DNA of 64,000 nt from Cyanophora paradoxa CCMP329 (lineage: Eukaryota; Plantae; Glaucophyta). Position 1 is the stretch's first letter. Each line of letters starts with the position of its first letter. Under the pieces are notes generated by a model, which worked only from the letters and a program-made list of their open reading frames with translations, was not told the origin of the DNA and made no database searches. Of the stretch, positions 9,991 to 28,258 are shown in pieces. The stretch covers positions 93,917-157,916 of the forward strand of contig QPMI01000612.1 of NCBI GenBank assembly GCA_004431415.1, written 5' to 3'. Made by a program: the position numbers and the translations under genes.

Positions 9991-11174
9991 AGGGGCCGCC
10001 GGGCCAAGTATCGTGGGAATTGCTATCAGAATTACGATCGGACTCTTAGGGGGCTACTAAGTACCGTGGGGCCAGGTGAGCGGTGAGCTGAACGCACACG
10101 TGGCGGGCTCTCCACCCGTGCGCACGTGCACATCGGCCAAACGGCGGCTGCATGCGATCCGCGCCCGAAACGCCGGACCGGGAACCAGTTCTCCAGGCAC
10201 GTGCCGGCCCGCTGAATGCCACCACGACATATGCAATCGCCCCCGCGCGGCCGAAACGCCACAGGAATCATTCGCGGGGCACAGCCGAAACCAGCCCCCG
10301 GCGGCGGTGGCGACGGTGACGTCACCGCTGTCAGAAAAGGCCCCGCGCGCACGCGGAACGGCGGCTCGGAACCGACGGCGACGCCTGACCGCGGTCGCTA
10401 TGGAGCGGGACGGCGCTTCCAACTGGATTGCCCACAAGGGGGGTACACACACGTCCCGTGTGATCGGCGAACGAAGAATGAACATTAATTAATAACGTAC
10501 GTTCGAATTAACTTTAATTATAATTAAACCGGTGGCCGCAGTGATGTCATCATAATAGCCGGCGGCCGCAGTGATGGCATCATAATAGGTCTCCTGGAAG
10601 GAGGACAGCAATTAATTATACTGCAAGGCGGAGGAGCATGCACGCAAGCGGCGCAACAGATCTGGGGCAGATCTAGCTATAGATATAGATCTAGATATAG
10701 ATCGAAAAGCCGAACAATATGCACGTTCACTTGCCAGCTGAGTCGACCGTCGGACTATATACAATGCATATGGGTAGCAGCGGCCCGCCCCCGACTCGGG
10801 GAGGCTCACACGTACAAAGAGAGCGCGTAGCGGGGGGGCCCAAAGCCCTGGAGGCCCCACAAGCCCTGGAAGCCCAATCCAGAGGGGTACCACTCGCAAA
10901 CCTCGCGCTGTACATGTGAGCCTCGCCGCATATGGCATGGCGTGTTTCCAGGAATGAACACGGTGCGACCAGGAATGAACACGGTGCGCTGCACGAAATC
11001 GCGCGTGCTGCGATACACTGTGACAAACGAGCACGACCGTCGGACCCCCGCTAGCGCACGTACTACGGTATGCGCATGCTAGCGCTCGCCTCGCCCCGCT
11101 CTCGCGCGATCTGGACGTTGGGGTTCCGGCCCCCTCGGGCAGCATTCCTCTCCCTCAGCGCTAGCGGCCAGTCC

Positions 11175-11220
11175 GTGGCGGGAACGGGCGAGCCTCCGGA
11201 TCCGGGCACGGCCCGCACCT
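11175..11220 (+). repeat. Dispersed repeat family D; inverted copy at ~24465-24513
   Basis: TGGCGGGAACGGGCGAGCCTCC...TCCGGGCA(C/A)GGCCCGCA occurs as the reverse complement near 24.5 kb. Confidence 0.6.
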
Positions 11221-11651
11221 TTGATCCTATGATCTTAATCGATTGTGTGGTCATTAAGCCCGGTAGAGCAAGTAGACCTAGGTTTCGATCTCGAGCTTCG
11301 GTATTCGATTTCGATTTCGACGTCGATTTGCCTATCCGACTTGAGCCCTTACGATTTCGATCGGCGGCCCACTGCTAGCCAAACAGCTACTAGGGCTAGT
11401 CCAGATGTCGTTGGTCGTGTCTGAAATGCAGCGCTCTCTCAGAATTTACACGTCGCCGGCGCCGCATGTGCAGGGCGCGACGGGCGGCGATGGGGGCAGA
11501 AAGACAGAAAGAGAGCGAACGTCGATGGAGACGGGAGGCCCTGAGGGCTGGCGGGCGAGGCGTTGAAAGCGGGTGGAAGCGAAGAGGAGGAGGGAGGGCA
11601 GGCGCAGAGGGGGCTCGGCGGGAGGGGGCGGCAGGGGGGTACGGGGTGCGG

Positions 11652-16533
<4,882 letters not shown>

Positions 16534-16674
16534 TGCTGGATTTACAGTAGATGCCGGAGGAGAAAGCCGGCGCCGCCGGTCTTCGAAGCGCGGGCCACGC
16601 CGCGAGTCGCCAGGTCGACGGGTTCGGGAGGGGTACGGCGTAAACGCACACTCGCCGCGCTCGCAGCCAGCACA
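16534..16674. promoter_or_regulatory. Compact bidirectional promoter region USP7/NOP58
   Basis: Divergent start codons only 141 bp apart. Confidence 0.6.
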
Positions 16675-19044
16675 ATGCTGGTACTCTTCGAGAGCCCCGC
16701 GGGTGAGTTATATCGCTATCTGGACCCTATTGCGCCCCCAAGTTGCCCCCGGCCGTCGCGCGAGTCGAGCGTCCGATCGCAGGCTACGCGCTCTTCAAGG
16801 TCACGGATGAGGGGAAGCTAGAGAACCCAGACGACATCTGGAAGGCGTTCTCGGACGCCGACTCCGCCCGCAAGCTGTGCGCGATCGCGTCGCCCCCCGC
16901 CGATCGCAAAAGCGCCGCTGCACCGGCGGCTTCGATCATGGCTCACGCACGCTCGCGCTCGGAATCGTAGTGTAAAGCTAAAGGCGTTCACGAAGTTCGA
17001 GAACACGACAGAGGCCTTGGAGGCCGCGACCGCGCTGGTGGAGAGCAAGCTTAGCAAGGGCCTCAAGAAGTTCCTCAAGAACGCGAAGATTAAGGAGGAG
17101 CTTGCGGTTGCAGACGCCAAGCTCGGCGGTGTGATCAAGGAGAAGCTGGAGATCCCATGCATTGCCAACGCAGCTTCGGCGGTCCGTTCCTCCCTGCTCT
17201 CCCGCGCGCGCCGGCGAGCGGCCATAACATTCTCATCCGACTGCGCGCATTACGGCCTCCATCCCCCCCGTCGCTTACGCCCGTGGCCCGTGCAGGAGCT
17301 CATGCGTGGCATCCGTGCCCAAATAACCGAGCTGGTCTCCGGCCTTACGGAGCAGGATATGAAGAATATGGCCTTGGGTCTCTCCCACAGCCTTTCTCGC
17401 TACAAGCTCAAGTTCTCTCCGGACAAGATCGACACCATGATCGTCCAGGCCATTGGTGCGGCCCCACCGAGTCTCCCTTGCGCCTGCACCCCGCTCACGC
17501 CGTTCGGCAGGCCTCCTCGATGAGCTCGACAAGGAGCTGAACACGTACGCGATGCGCGTGCGGGAGTGGTATGGCTGGTGCGCGGAATCGCCCCACGCCG
17601 CCACTGCGTTGGCCCCCGGGAGCGCGCGTCCCCTGACGCGGGGAGCAGGCACTTCCCCGAGCTCACTAAGATCATCTCGGACAACATCGTGTACGCGAAG
17701 GTTGTCAAGGCGATGGGTGCGCCCCCGCTGCGTCTGGCGCCACTCTGCGCCACCGCCGCCGCCGACGCCGAATCGGGTGCTTCCGCAGGCATTCGGCAGA
17801 AGGCGAAGGAGACCGATCTGTCCGATGTGCTGGCGGAGGAGCTGGAGCAGGAAGTCCGCGACATGGCCGAGATCTCCATGGGCACGGACGTGCGCCGTCC
17901 CTCCCGCCCGCCCGCCCGCCGGCCCTGCTGACGTCCGCGGCAGATCAGCGATGAGGACAAGGAGAACATCGTGTTCCTGTGCGAGCAGGTGATCGCCATC
18001 GCCGAGTACCGCACACAGCTCTTCGAGTACCTTAAGGTGCGGGATGGCGTCCCCTCGCTCGCCGGACCCGGAGGACCTCAGTCTCTGACTCTGCCCCGCA
18101 GAACCGCATGCTCGCCATCGCGCCCAACCTCACCGTCCTCGTCGGCGAGCTCGTCGGCGCCCGCCTCATTGCGCACGCCGGTGCGCCCCCGCCCCCTCCC
18201 GCCCGCCGCCCCCTCCCGCTCGGCCGGCCCTGACCGCGGCGCGGCGCGCGCGACGGCAGGCTCGCTGCTGAACCTGGCGAAGCACCCGGCGTCGACGGTG
18301 CAGATTCTGGGGGCGGAGAAGGCGCTCTTCCGGGCGCTCAAGACGAAGCACGACACGCCCAAGTACGGCCTCATCTACCACGCCTCGCTCATCGGGCAGA
18401 CGGCGCCCAAGTTCAAGGGCAAGATCTCCCGCGTCCTCGCCGCCAAGTGCGCGCTGGCCATCCGCGTCGACGCCCTCGGCGACAAGGTGCCCTGCACGCC
18501 TCGCCTCGTTCCGGGTGTTCTTTCTCTTTTGCCTGGCTGACGCGGGGGCGGGCGCAGGACACGCCGATGATTGGAGTGGAGCAGCGGGCGAAGGTGGAGG
18601 CGCGCCTGAAGCAGCTGGAGGGCAAGCCCTTCAGCCGGGTCTCGGGGACGGGCAAGGGCAAGGCCAAGCTCGACAAGTACGACGCCGTGAAGCCCCAGGG
18701 CGTCTACAACACCGGCGCCGACTCCACGCTTCCCAAGTCTGACAAGAAGAAGAAGCGCGCGGCGGAGGAGGAGCCGGCGGAGGAGCCGGCGGCGGCCGAG
18801 GAGCCGCCCAAGAAGAAGAAGAAGTCGGAAGCGGCGGAGGCGCCGGCGGAGGACTCGGGCGCGGAGGGCAAGAAGAAGAAGAAGAAGCAGAAGGAGGCGG
18901 CCGCTGAGGAGGAGGCCCCGCCCGTAGACGATGGCGAGAAGAAGAAGAAGAAGAAGGTCCGCTGCGCTGCACCCGCCCCCCGCCCGCCAGAGGCGTCCTG
19001 TTGACGCCCCCGCGCAGAAGAAGGCAGCGTCGGACGACGAATAG
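16675..19044 (+). CDS. NOP58: Nucleolar protein 58 (box C/D snoRNP), multi-intron
   Basis: [80 protein letters not shown]-rich tail. Confidence 0.95.
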
Positions 19045-19377
19045 GGAGGGGGCCACGTGGCCCTCCGGGCCGCCCCTCGGTAGACAGCTTGCGTTGTTTA
19101 GGCAGGACCGTAGGCAGGACCCCTGTTTTTTCCCGAGCCTCCCCCCGCCTTCATTCACTCGGCGCCCTTTATCCCCGCGAGGGCGTGGCGATGCAGTCCC
19201 TAGCCCCCCTCTCTCTGATTGTCTGCCCCTCCGGAGTTCCTGTACCTCTTTCCCTCCCCGTTCCGACGGCAACCGCTCGTGTCGCGCACACGCGCGGCGC
19301 CTGTGTAAAGGTGAAGCGATTTGATTCGAATCGCACTACATATGCACTTTCGCAGCTGGGGCCCGGCGCGGGGCTAG

Positions 19378-21562
19378 CTACGGGGCGCGGCAGCGGCGGA
19401 CTGCGGCAGCAAGGCGGCGGAGGCCCTCCTCCAACACGCCCTCTTCCTGGGCGAAAACGATGCGGAACCAACCGGGCTCGGGGCAGTGAAACTGGGCGCC
19501 GGGCATCACGTAGACGCCCTCGCTCCCCAGCGCCTCGAAAACCCGCGCCTCGTCCTCCTCGCTCTGGCAAGGGCTGAGAGGGTCCGAGGCGGCCGGGGCG
19601 CCACGGTTAGCCGCACCTCGGCCTCGGGGGCGAGCTTGGCCCAGACGAAGAGTCCGGCACTCGCCGGCACCCGCGGGACCTTGCGATTCGATCGGGTCGG
19701 TGGGCGGGGCGGGCGGGGCGGGGGCGTGACGGGGCGGGGCGCACGTCGAGGTCGGCGAGGACGGCCACCGTGCGGTCGTGGGCGGCGAGCAGCCGAGCCT
19801 TCGCGCGCAGTTGGCGCGCCTGTGCGGGGCGGGCGGGCGGCCGGAGAGGTCGCTCAAGGCTGGCGGACCTGGTGGGAGGCAAGGAAGCGGAGGGCCCCGT
19901 CCAGGTCCCCCACGATGGGCTCCAGCGCCGCCTGCGGGAACCCGACCATGGCCATGAGGAAGGCGGCGCGCGGGGCGGAAGGAAGATGGGAGGGGAGCAA
20001 GCGGGGGTGCTTGCCTGGGTGTCTGAGGAGACGCAGGAGAAGCGGGCGAGGGCGGCCATGGCGTCCAGCGCCGCCGCGTTGCGGGAGGCGGCCAGCCCGA
20101 CGCGGTAGCCCGAGAGCCCGAAGTCCTTCGAGAAGGCCCACACGACGTGCACGAGCGCCAGGAGCGCCCCCGGCTCCTCCTCCGCCGCCGCCGCGTCCGC
20201 TGCGCACTCCCACGCCGACACGAACGTACCCCCGCCCGCCCCGTGCACGCTGTTCGCGTACACCTCGTCGCTGATGAGGTGCAGCCCCTTCCGCCCGCTG
20301 CCGTGCCTTTCAGGCGGGGGAGGGGACGGGGGACGGGGAGGGGGAGCGGGGCACCAGAGGTCGATCAGGCCCATGAGCTGGCGGCGGGTGAGGGGCCGCC
20401 CCAGCGGGTTGTCGGGGTTGGAGACGAGGACGCCCCGCACACGCAGCCCCGCCCTGCCGCAGCGCCGCCCCGTCATCCCGAGGGCGGCCACCAGCGCGGC
20501 CGGCGCGCACGCTTCGGCATCGGCGAGGGCGCTCTCGAAGTCGGCGGCCTCCCACGCGAACCCGTCCTCCGCCTCCGTCTCCACCGGCACCAGCGAGACC
20601 TGGCTGGCATTCTCAGAAATCCGAAGAGCTCGATCGCGGGGCTGACGTCGACGGTGCTGGCGCGCCTGCCCTCGGTACGCGAAATCGACGTCGAAGCTGT
20701 AGTAGTAGGGAGCAGGGACGAGGACGGCGTCGCCAGCGTCGAAGAGGACCGCCGCGAGGGCGTCAAGCGCGCCCGTCGCGCCGGGGGCCAGCACCAGCTC
20801 GCCGGGGTCCACGGGCGCCCCCAGGAAGGTCTCCAGGAAGGGACACAGCGCCTCACGGAAGGATGGGAGACCGCGGTAGGCGCTGTAGTGCGCGTGCCGC
20901 TCTGTAACGTCCCGCGGCGCGCGGAGCCGATCCCGGAGCAGGTCCCACGCGATGCGGCTCTGCGCCACGCCCAGGTCGATCACGCCGCCGGGGTTGCGCT
21001 CCGCGTTGTACGGGTCCCGGTACACCCGCGCCATGACTGGCAGCACGCGCTCCATCACTTTGGCGGGCGGGGTGATGCAGCGCGCGCGCGCCGCGAGCCG
21101 CGGGCCCTTGCCCTCGCCCTTGGCCCGCTCCTGCGCAGACGCGCCATGGACGCGTTATGCGCGCCCTTCTGCAGCGGAGCGAGCGGGTCGCACCTGCGCC
21201 TGGGCGACGAGGTCCTTGAAGGTAACCGTGTCGCGGTCATCGGCCGAAGTTAGGAATGGAAGGTTGGCGATCCGCGCATCCCGACCCTTACGTTTGGGAG
21301 CCCTGCACTCGATCCGCAGGGGCCTTGGGCTCGCGGCGGCGGGTGTGCTAAACCGGCTTGCGGCGACTGCACGCCGGGCGAACGCCGACGCGCGCCAGAG
21401 CGCGGCCTGCTCGGACGGCCGAGGATGCTCCCTCTTCGCTCGCTGAACTGCTTCCGAGCACACGTACGCAGGGTTGAGGCGCGCCGCCGACAGAGAGCAG
21501 CCGAGCCCGCCGGCGGCGCTCCAGCTAGATGCGGCTGCCGAGCACGTGTACGCCGACGCCAT
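19378..21562 (-). CDS. ACC-synthase-like PLP-dependent aminotransferase (class I/II) with long Ser/Ala/Arg-rich N-terminal extension
   Basis: DPYNAERNPGGVIDLGVAQ, PAPYYYSFD, SNPDNPLG, LISDEVYANS, FSKDFGLSGYRVG, EPGWFRIVFA. Upstream exon MASAYT...KDLVAQAQ splices in frame. Confidence 0.85.
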
Positions 21563-22795
21563 GCGGCAAGCGATCCGCCCACAGGCGCGCGAGTGCTTGC
21601 GAGCGGTACCCGTTCGAATTGGATTGATAGCGTTTGCACATGTACAGGGCTGCAGACAGAACGCCTACAACTCGACGGATTAACGATTGGACCACGAGGC
21701 CTAGGGGTACCCAGCCCCGCGCCATCCACCGCCGGAGCGGCTTCGGTCGGCCGAGCACGGAATTCGAAAGGCCCCCTTGAGGGAGGACAGACAAGAGATG
21801 CTGGACGACTAAACGACCTGCGGCTGTAGCTATGCCTCGGCCTCGGGAAGGCGCTCTAGATAGCTACAAGCTAAGTATGGCCCGCCGTGTCGCCGGCGCG
21901 GCAGGCACTGTGCTGGGGGCGCGCTCGACGGGAGCGTGCCTGGAAGGGCCGCCGGGCTCAGTGGGTCGGTGAGAAAGTGGTCGGGGAGGAAAGAGAGGAC
22001 GGGGGGGTCTGGGGGACATGGGGGCGAGGGGGTGGGACCAGGCCGGATGGGACCAGGGGGCGGGGCCACCGGTACCGTCGGGAAAGGAGGGTCTGGCGGC
22101 GCGTTCTTGAGGGCTTCCAGCCGCCAGACGATCGTCTTCGCTTTCGCCGCGCCACTCAGGGACCTGTGGCGCGGAGAGGCGTGGAGCGCTAAAGGAGCGC
22201 TCGCCGCGCGCAGCAAAAGCCAAGCTAGGCGACCAGTGATTAGCCGCGGCGCTGGAATTGGCAAGTGAGCATTGCCGTGCGCTTGGAGCACTCGCGCGGG
22301 ATGACTCGCACCTTCGTCGCCTCCTTCGAGGAGGGCCCCGAGGCGAAGCCGTGTATGCGTAACCAGTCGCCAGGCCTGCGTCGCGTACTCGAGCGTAAGC
22401 AGGTTGGCAGCCGCAGAGCTGGACCGTCGGACGGCGGAGCAGATGTCGGCGCCAGCTGCAGGTAGACGGCGCGGGCTCAAGCACGGAGAAGGGCTCAAGC
22501 CAAAACGGTCCAAAGGACGCAGGCCTGCGTATAGAGAGCACATGCAGCGCTAGCAAGTGCGGTGCCTGCACTCCCGCGACTGGCGGCCACTGCGGCCGCA
22601 GCCGCGCGCAACCGCGCTGCTGTTCGGTGTTCTGGTACGTGGAAAAAGAGGAAAAAACTAGTGTGACGCGGTCCCGTCAGGCCGGCTCAGCGGGGTAGCA
22701 CCAGCAAACGCGCAGAATTCTCGGAATTAAGGCCGAAAAAAAGCGAGGCGGAGCACCCTCCGCCCGTCTTCGAGGGTCCCCATTCTCTAGCAAAC

Positions 22796-23566
<771 letters not shown>

Positions 23567-23924
23567 TGAGCTTTGAAAATCCCCTCGTCTGTCCTTGATT
23601 GGAAGAGTGGAGTGAAGAACCCGTGAGGCCTGTGGCCCTAGTACTCCCGGATCCAGAGAGTGTGGTAGCTGAACCGTAGTTCACTCTGGCTCTAAACCAT
23701 GGAACGCTGTCAGCCTTCAGCAAGGTGTGGGGCACAGGGACTCCTAGGCGAGCTGCAGGTGCCTGGCACTGCCTGCACGCAGGGTGCCGCATCGCGTCGA
23801 CGTCTTGAGCCGGCGGGAAAAAAAACTTGCTCGGATAGGTCCGGCCAGCTGCAGGCAGGGAGGGGGTTGCCCCCCTCCCCACGCGCCACTGTTTGCAGCG
23901 GCTCGGCCGGACCATATCTTGAGC

Positions 23925-24052
23925 CGGCGGGGGCCGTCTCGGGGCGGTGGCGGAACTCCCTACTTATACGGGCCCTGGGGACCCGACATGGGGTCTGCCT
24001 GCGCATGCGCATGCGCTGAGGACGTGGAGGGTCAGATCGAAATCGAAAAACG
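23925..24052 (+). repeat. Dispersed repeat family C segment; similar to ~38155-38266
   Basis: GGCGGGGGCCGTCTCGGGGCGGTGG...CCCGACATGG...GGGTCAGATCG..ATCGAAAA is shared between the two loci. Confidence 0.65.
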
Positions 24053-24790
24053 CCCGAGACCAGGGCGTCTGCGCCTTTGTCAGACGTATATACCCAGGCT
24101 TGCTGGCGTGGATGTGTCCACTGCTTTCTCTCTCAATCCGAGTCCCAAATCAAATTAAAGCAACCGCGCGCACTCGACCGATGGGCTTCCCACCTAGAGG
24201 AGCACCTGCACGGGTGGGCAAGCAAAGGCTTTGAAAGCATTTGAGCTTTTACTGCCCATTAGAGCCAATTTAGAGGCCTCCTAGGAAAACGGGCCGAACC
24301 AACTTGGTCGAGAACGGGGTAGGACACCGTAGGAGGTCTGTTCATTTATGCAAATTTCGCATTTTAAAGTTTGCCGCATGACAGGACAGGACTCAGATGA
24401 GAAAGGAATCTAGGGGTTTCAACCAGAGGCCTAATAACAGAGTAATAACAGACCTGGATCCATGCGGGCCTTGCCCGGACTCCGGGACTCCGGGAGGCTC
24501 GCCCGTTCCCGCCAGCTGCAGGGCCCTAATTAGTAAGGGAAAGGAAAGCTGCTGCGAGTGCTGCGAGTGCTGCGCATGCGAGTGCTGCGCATGCGCCACG
24601 ATGTGCACATGCGTACCCACTGAATTTGATTCCCCTCGAGCTCAGATTCCGATTCAACAATGTTCGTGGCAGCCCCGGTCGTTCTCGCGAGAGACCACGC
24701 CTCCTCCGGGGTCTCTGCTTCAGCCAGGTGCTCGCTTCGCCGACCCGCAGGCGCTTACAAGGTCCGCCGCTCTTCTTCTAGTACTCCGAC

Positions 24791-25193
24791 ACGCTGCTCC
24801 CCCCCGCCTAGTCCCGACACGGCCTAGCCACTTGACCAGAGCTCGCCTCCTGGCCCCCGCCCCCAAAGCGAGGGGGCCAGCAGCCGCCTAGCCCCGCCCG
24901 ATCGTAATCGTAATCGTAATCAGGCCAGGGCTCCGGGATCCCCCCGCCTATAGCCCATCGCAATCGTAATCGTACTGATCGCACAGACCTCTCGCAGGAG
25001 CATCTTCATCCGCTACGGCACGGGCGTGGACGCGAAGCGCCTGCTCGGCTCGTAGCTAGCCTCGGCTCCCATCCCCTTTTCTCCATCAGGGCACCAGTCC
25101 CTGCGGGTTACGCTCTATCCCTAACAGCACGGGTATAGTTAAAGCGTTGACGGTCTAGGAGTGGTCCCGCGCGCCCGTAGCTTAGAAAGAGCA
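24791..25193 (+). repeat. Dispersed element A, copy 1 (abuts the WBP11 stop)
   Basis: High similarity to 27828-28222 and 40728-41118. Common right end ...CCCGTAGCTTAGAAAGAGCA. Confidence 0.9.
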
Positions 25194-25195
25194 CA

Positions 25196-26996
25196 CTACA
25201 TTTGGCTCAGATCAGAAAGGAAATCCTGATACTCCTTATCCAGGTCGGGGGCCGGTGTCTGTGCTGCTGGGGCGCTTTTCTTTGTGAGTTGTGCGAGAAG
25301 ACTGACCGGCGCCTGAACTCTCCGCGTAGCAGGTGCAGCGCTGATGACGGCTCTTGACGGCTGTCGGATACAAATCAATTAACATTATCATAGCAGGCTA
25401 GATGGCAGATGTTATGAATTTTGCACCTTCTCGACTGGAGGTGCAGTCTGCACACTGTCCTCTGCACCTGCTGTGCCAGAGACATTCGAAGGCCCAGCTG
25501 CAGCTAAGCTCGTGGGAGGAGCTGAAGATAATGAAGATGAAGCTGCTTGCGTCGCTGGTCGAGAAGGAAGAGCTGTGATCGGGCGAGAGGGTTTGGGGGC
25601 AGATGCTCGCTGAACTCGTACAGATGCTGGCACGAGGGCACAGAGTGCTGGGTTTACTTCAGCAGCAAGTCTGTTCCCCTTGTCGGCATCAGTCTCCCCT
25701 TCGCTTCCAGAATCGCTGTCTGACACTGCTGCTGCCTCCAAGCCGGGTGGAGGAGGGCCCGGTGGAAGTGGAGGCATGCCCTGAAGATGATGGAACATGG
25801 GCATCATCCCCCCTACTCCACCGAATCCAGGCGCAAAGTGACCAACTCCAGGAGGAACAGCAAAGTTCGGATGCACAGGTCCAAGTGGTGCAGGATGTGC
25901 CTTGCTTGATGCCAAGTTTTCCGGTCTCGCTGCTAGGGTTTCAACTAATTAAAAACTTAACTTGTTCTAAAATCACACCTTTTTTGGGTTTCGACTCCAC
26001 GTTGTCCCCATTATCGTCTTGGTCACTGTCCTCTGCCGAGAAAACAGTTGCCGAACATCATTTGAGATGCAGAACTGTGTGAAGCTGTCCCAAATAAGAC
26101 TGAACAACAATAATTACCTTCTGAATCGGACTCTCGGTCGTGTTCAGCTTCCCCATCAGCATCAACATCATCCTCTGGAGGATTACCAGGCGGAAGTGGA
26201 AGTAGAGCAGGAATTCCGAATGGAAACAGAACTGCACAGAATGAGTGCCAGTGGCGCACTGTGGTGCAGACTGTACCTGGAAGCATTGGATGGTCGTGAA
26301 GATTAATCGTCTGAGCGACTGTCTGCCCTGGTACAGTGCTTCCAGCGGCCTCTGACTTCGTCATTGCCATCAACCTCTCAACCTGCTGCTTGAGGTACTT
26401 TTCGAGATCCGCTCGAGTCTTGGGCAGCTGGCCCAGCTGCGGGCTGCACACGACAAGAAGGGTTCATTAACGTGAAGTTGTAAATTACAATAGGGGCAGA
26501 CCCTTGCCCCTCCTGCAACAGGCGGGGATTCCTCTTGTACTCTTCCTGCACGTTCATGAGGAAATGGGATTCACTTTTGGCAGACATGCCCACCTCCCAC
26601 ATCTCTATACACTTCTCGTATGCATCAAGAAGCTGCTTGCGCTTGTGCTTGTGCTCTTTGATCGCCTGGTTGCCTGTAATCGACCCCTGGGCCTCTGCGG
26701 AACGCTCAGCCGCCGCAAAAACGATGGTTGGAGCGCTCACCAAGCAGCTCCAATTTCTTCAAGTTCTCGATAATCTGCTCGGGCCGCTTCTGCTTGAGTA
26801 TGTTCGTGCGCGTTTCCTTCCTCTGCTTCGCATTCTGCAAAGCGAATGCCCGTCAGATGGATGCGCAGCTGCACCTCGTCCAGCTGCTCCAGTGTACGCG
26901 GCCAGCGCGTATAAGTCAACACACCCGCTGCTTCTCCTTCTTGCGCTCAAGTTTGCGCTGCTGATCCGCGGGGTGGAGCTCTTTGTTCTTCCCCAT
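25196..26996 (-). CDS. WBP11: WW-domain-binding protein 11 (splicing factor), multi-intron
   Basis: N-terminus MGKNKELHPADQQRKLERKKEKQR..RTNILKQKRPEQIIENL, Pro-rich middle, LVPASVRVQR, C-terminus DKEYQDFLSDLSQM*. Confidence 0.75.
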
Positions 26997-27359
26997 TTTC
27001 AACCACCGATGCCTGCACGATACTCGCCCCGCGCTCACGCTCCACTGCCGCCGCGCCTTACACCAACGCCTCGCGCTGCTGCCGCCGCGCCGCTGCCGCC
27101 GCGCCTCTAAGGATCGCTTTCAGAGCGTATCAACGACGCCCGCGGCTTCGGAAAGCTTCAAGAGAAAGCGGACGAAAGGGGGGTAGGTCCACGAGCGGTC
27201 GGGGAGATCTCGAGTGTACCCCCAATAGCCAACGAGACTTTGAATGATATGCTGCGATATGCTGCGCGCATGCCAGTGAACGTGAGCATGAGCTTCCGAC
27301 AATCAAAAGTTATGCGCATGCCGCCAGTGCGCAACGCCGTGACGGCACCCCCGTCCCCT

Positions 27360-27443
27360 GGGCCGGGTTCACAGCTGCGGCGGCCGCAGTGTACATCCCA
27401 CACTTGTATCCCGGACTTGCGGTTTAAATTCGTTTCCAATTGC
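27360..27443 (-). repeat. Dispersed repeat segment, inverted relative to ~37963-38045
   Basis: CCGCAAGTCCGGG(A/C)TACAAGTGTGGGATGTACACTGC is present on opposite strands at the two loci. Confidence 0.75.
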
Positions 27444-27561
27444 TGTCTCTACAGGCTGGGTCTCTACAGCATCGACCACAGCATAAGCAGATCTCTAATT
27501 GAACCGGCTTGGGCGTGTCTTATACATACTCTTCTTCTTCTTCTTTTGACCTCAGCTAGAC

Positions 27562-27780
27562 GTTAACGTTGCGATCGGAATCAGAGTTGCGATTACGATC
27601 GGAATCAGAGTTACTAAGTTAACGTTGCGATTACGACGTCCAACTTTCGTCCAACTTTCGTTCAACTTTCGTCCAACTTTCGTTCAACTTTCGTCCAACT
27701 TTCGTCCAACTTCGTCCAACTTTCGTCCAACTTCGTCCAACTTTTCGTCCAACTTTCGTCCAACTTTCGTTCAACTTTCG
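27562..27780. repeat. Element B copy 1: ~75-bp leader plus 11-bp minisatellite (GTCCAACTTTC)n
   Basis: About 13 units with GTTC and indel variants. Leader GTTAACGTTGCGATCGGAATCAGAG is shared with ~38322. Confidence 0.9.
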
Positions 27781-28222
27781 CGGCGCCGCGCGGTGCGTGT
27801 TGTGTCTACACACGCCTATACACAATCGCTGCTCCCCCCCGCCTAGTCCCGACACGGCCTAGCCACTTGACCAGAGCTCGCCTCCTAGCCCCCGCCCCCA
27901 AAGCGAGGGGGCCAGCAGCCGCCTAGCCCCGCCCGATCGTAATCGCAATCGTAATCAGGCCAGGGCTCCCCCCGCCTATAGCCCATCGCAATCGTAATCG
28001 TGCTGATCGCACAGACCTCTCGCAGGAGCATCTTCATCCGCTACGGCACCGGCGTGGACGCGAAGCGCCTGCTCGGCTCGTAGCTAGCCTCGGCTCCCAT
28101 CCCCTTTTCTCCATCAGGGCACCAGTCCCTGCGGGTTACGCTCTCACCCCGAACAGCACGGGTAAAGTTAAAGCGTTGAAGGTCTAGGAGTGGTCCCGCG
28201 CGCCCGTAGCTTAGAAAGAGCA
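27781..28222 (+). repeat. Dispersed element A, copy 2 (3' of the EF-hand gene)
   Basis: Near-identical to copy 1 with the same right terminus. Confidence 0.9.
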
Positions 28223-28258
28223 TCAACCATCAGACTGTTTCTCTTCGCGCGGCAGGCA

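Noticed and set aside
21830-22571. Protein-coding gene upstream of H4
   Set aside because: Overlapping Pro-rich ORFs with no recognisable domain or convincing exon chain.
27638-27780. CRISPR array or telomere
   Set aside because: Contiguous 11-bp units with no spacers, no cas genes, eukaryotic context, and not a canonical telomere motif.
28095-28130. Hammerhead ribozyme in element A (CTGATGG...GAAA on the minus strand)
   Set aside because: The core needs CUGANGA and three stems, which are not satisfied.
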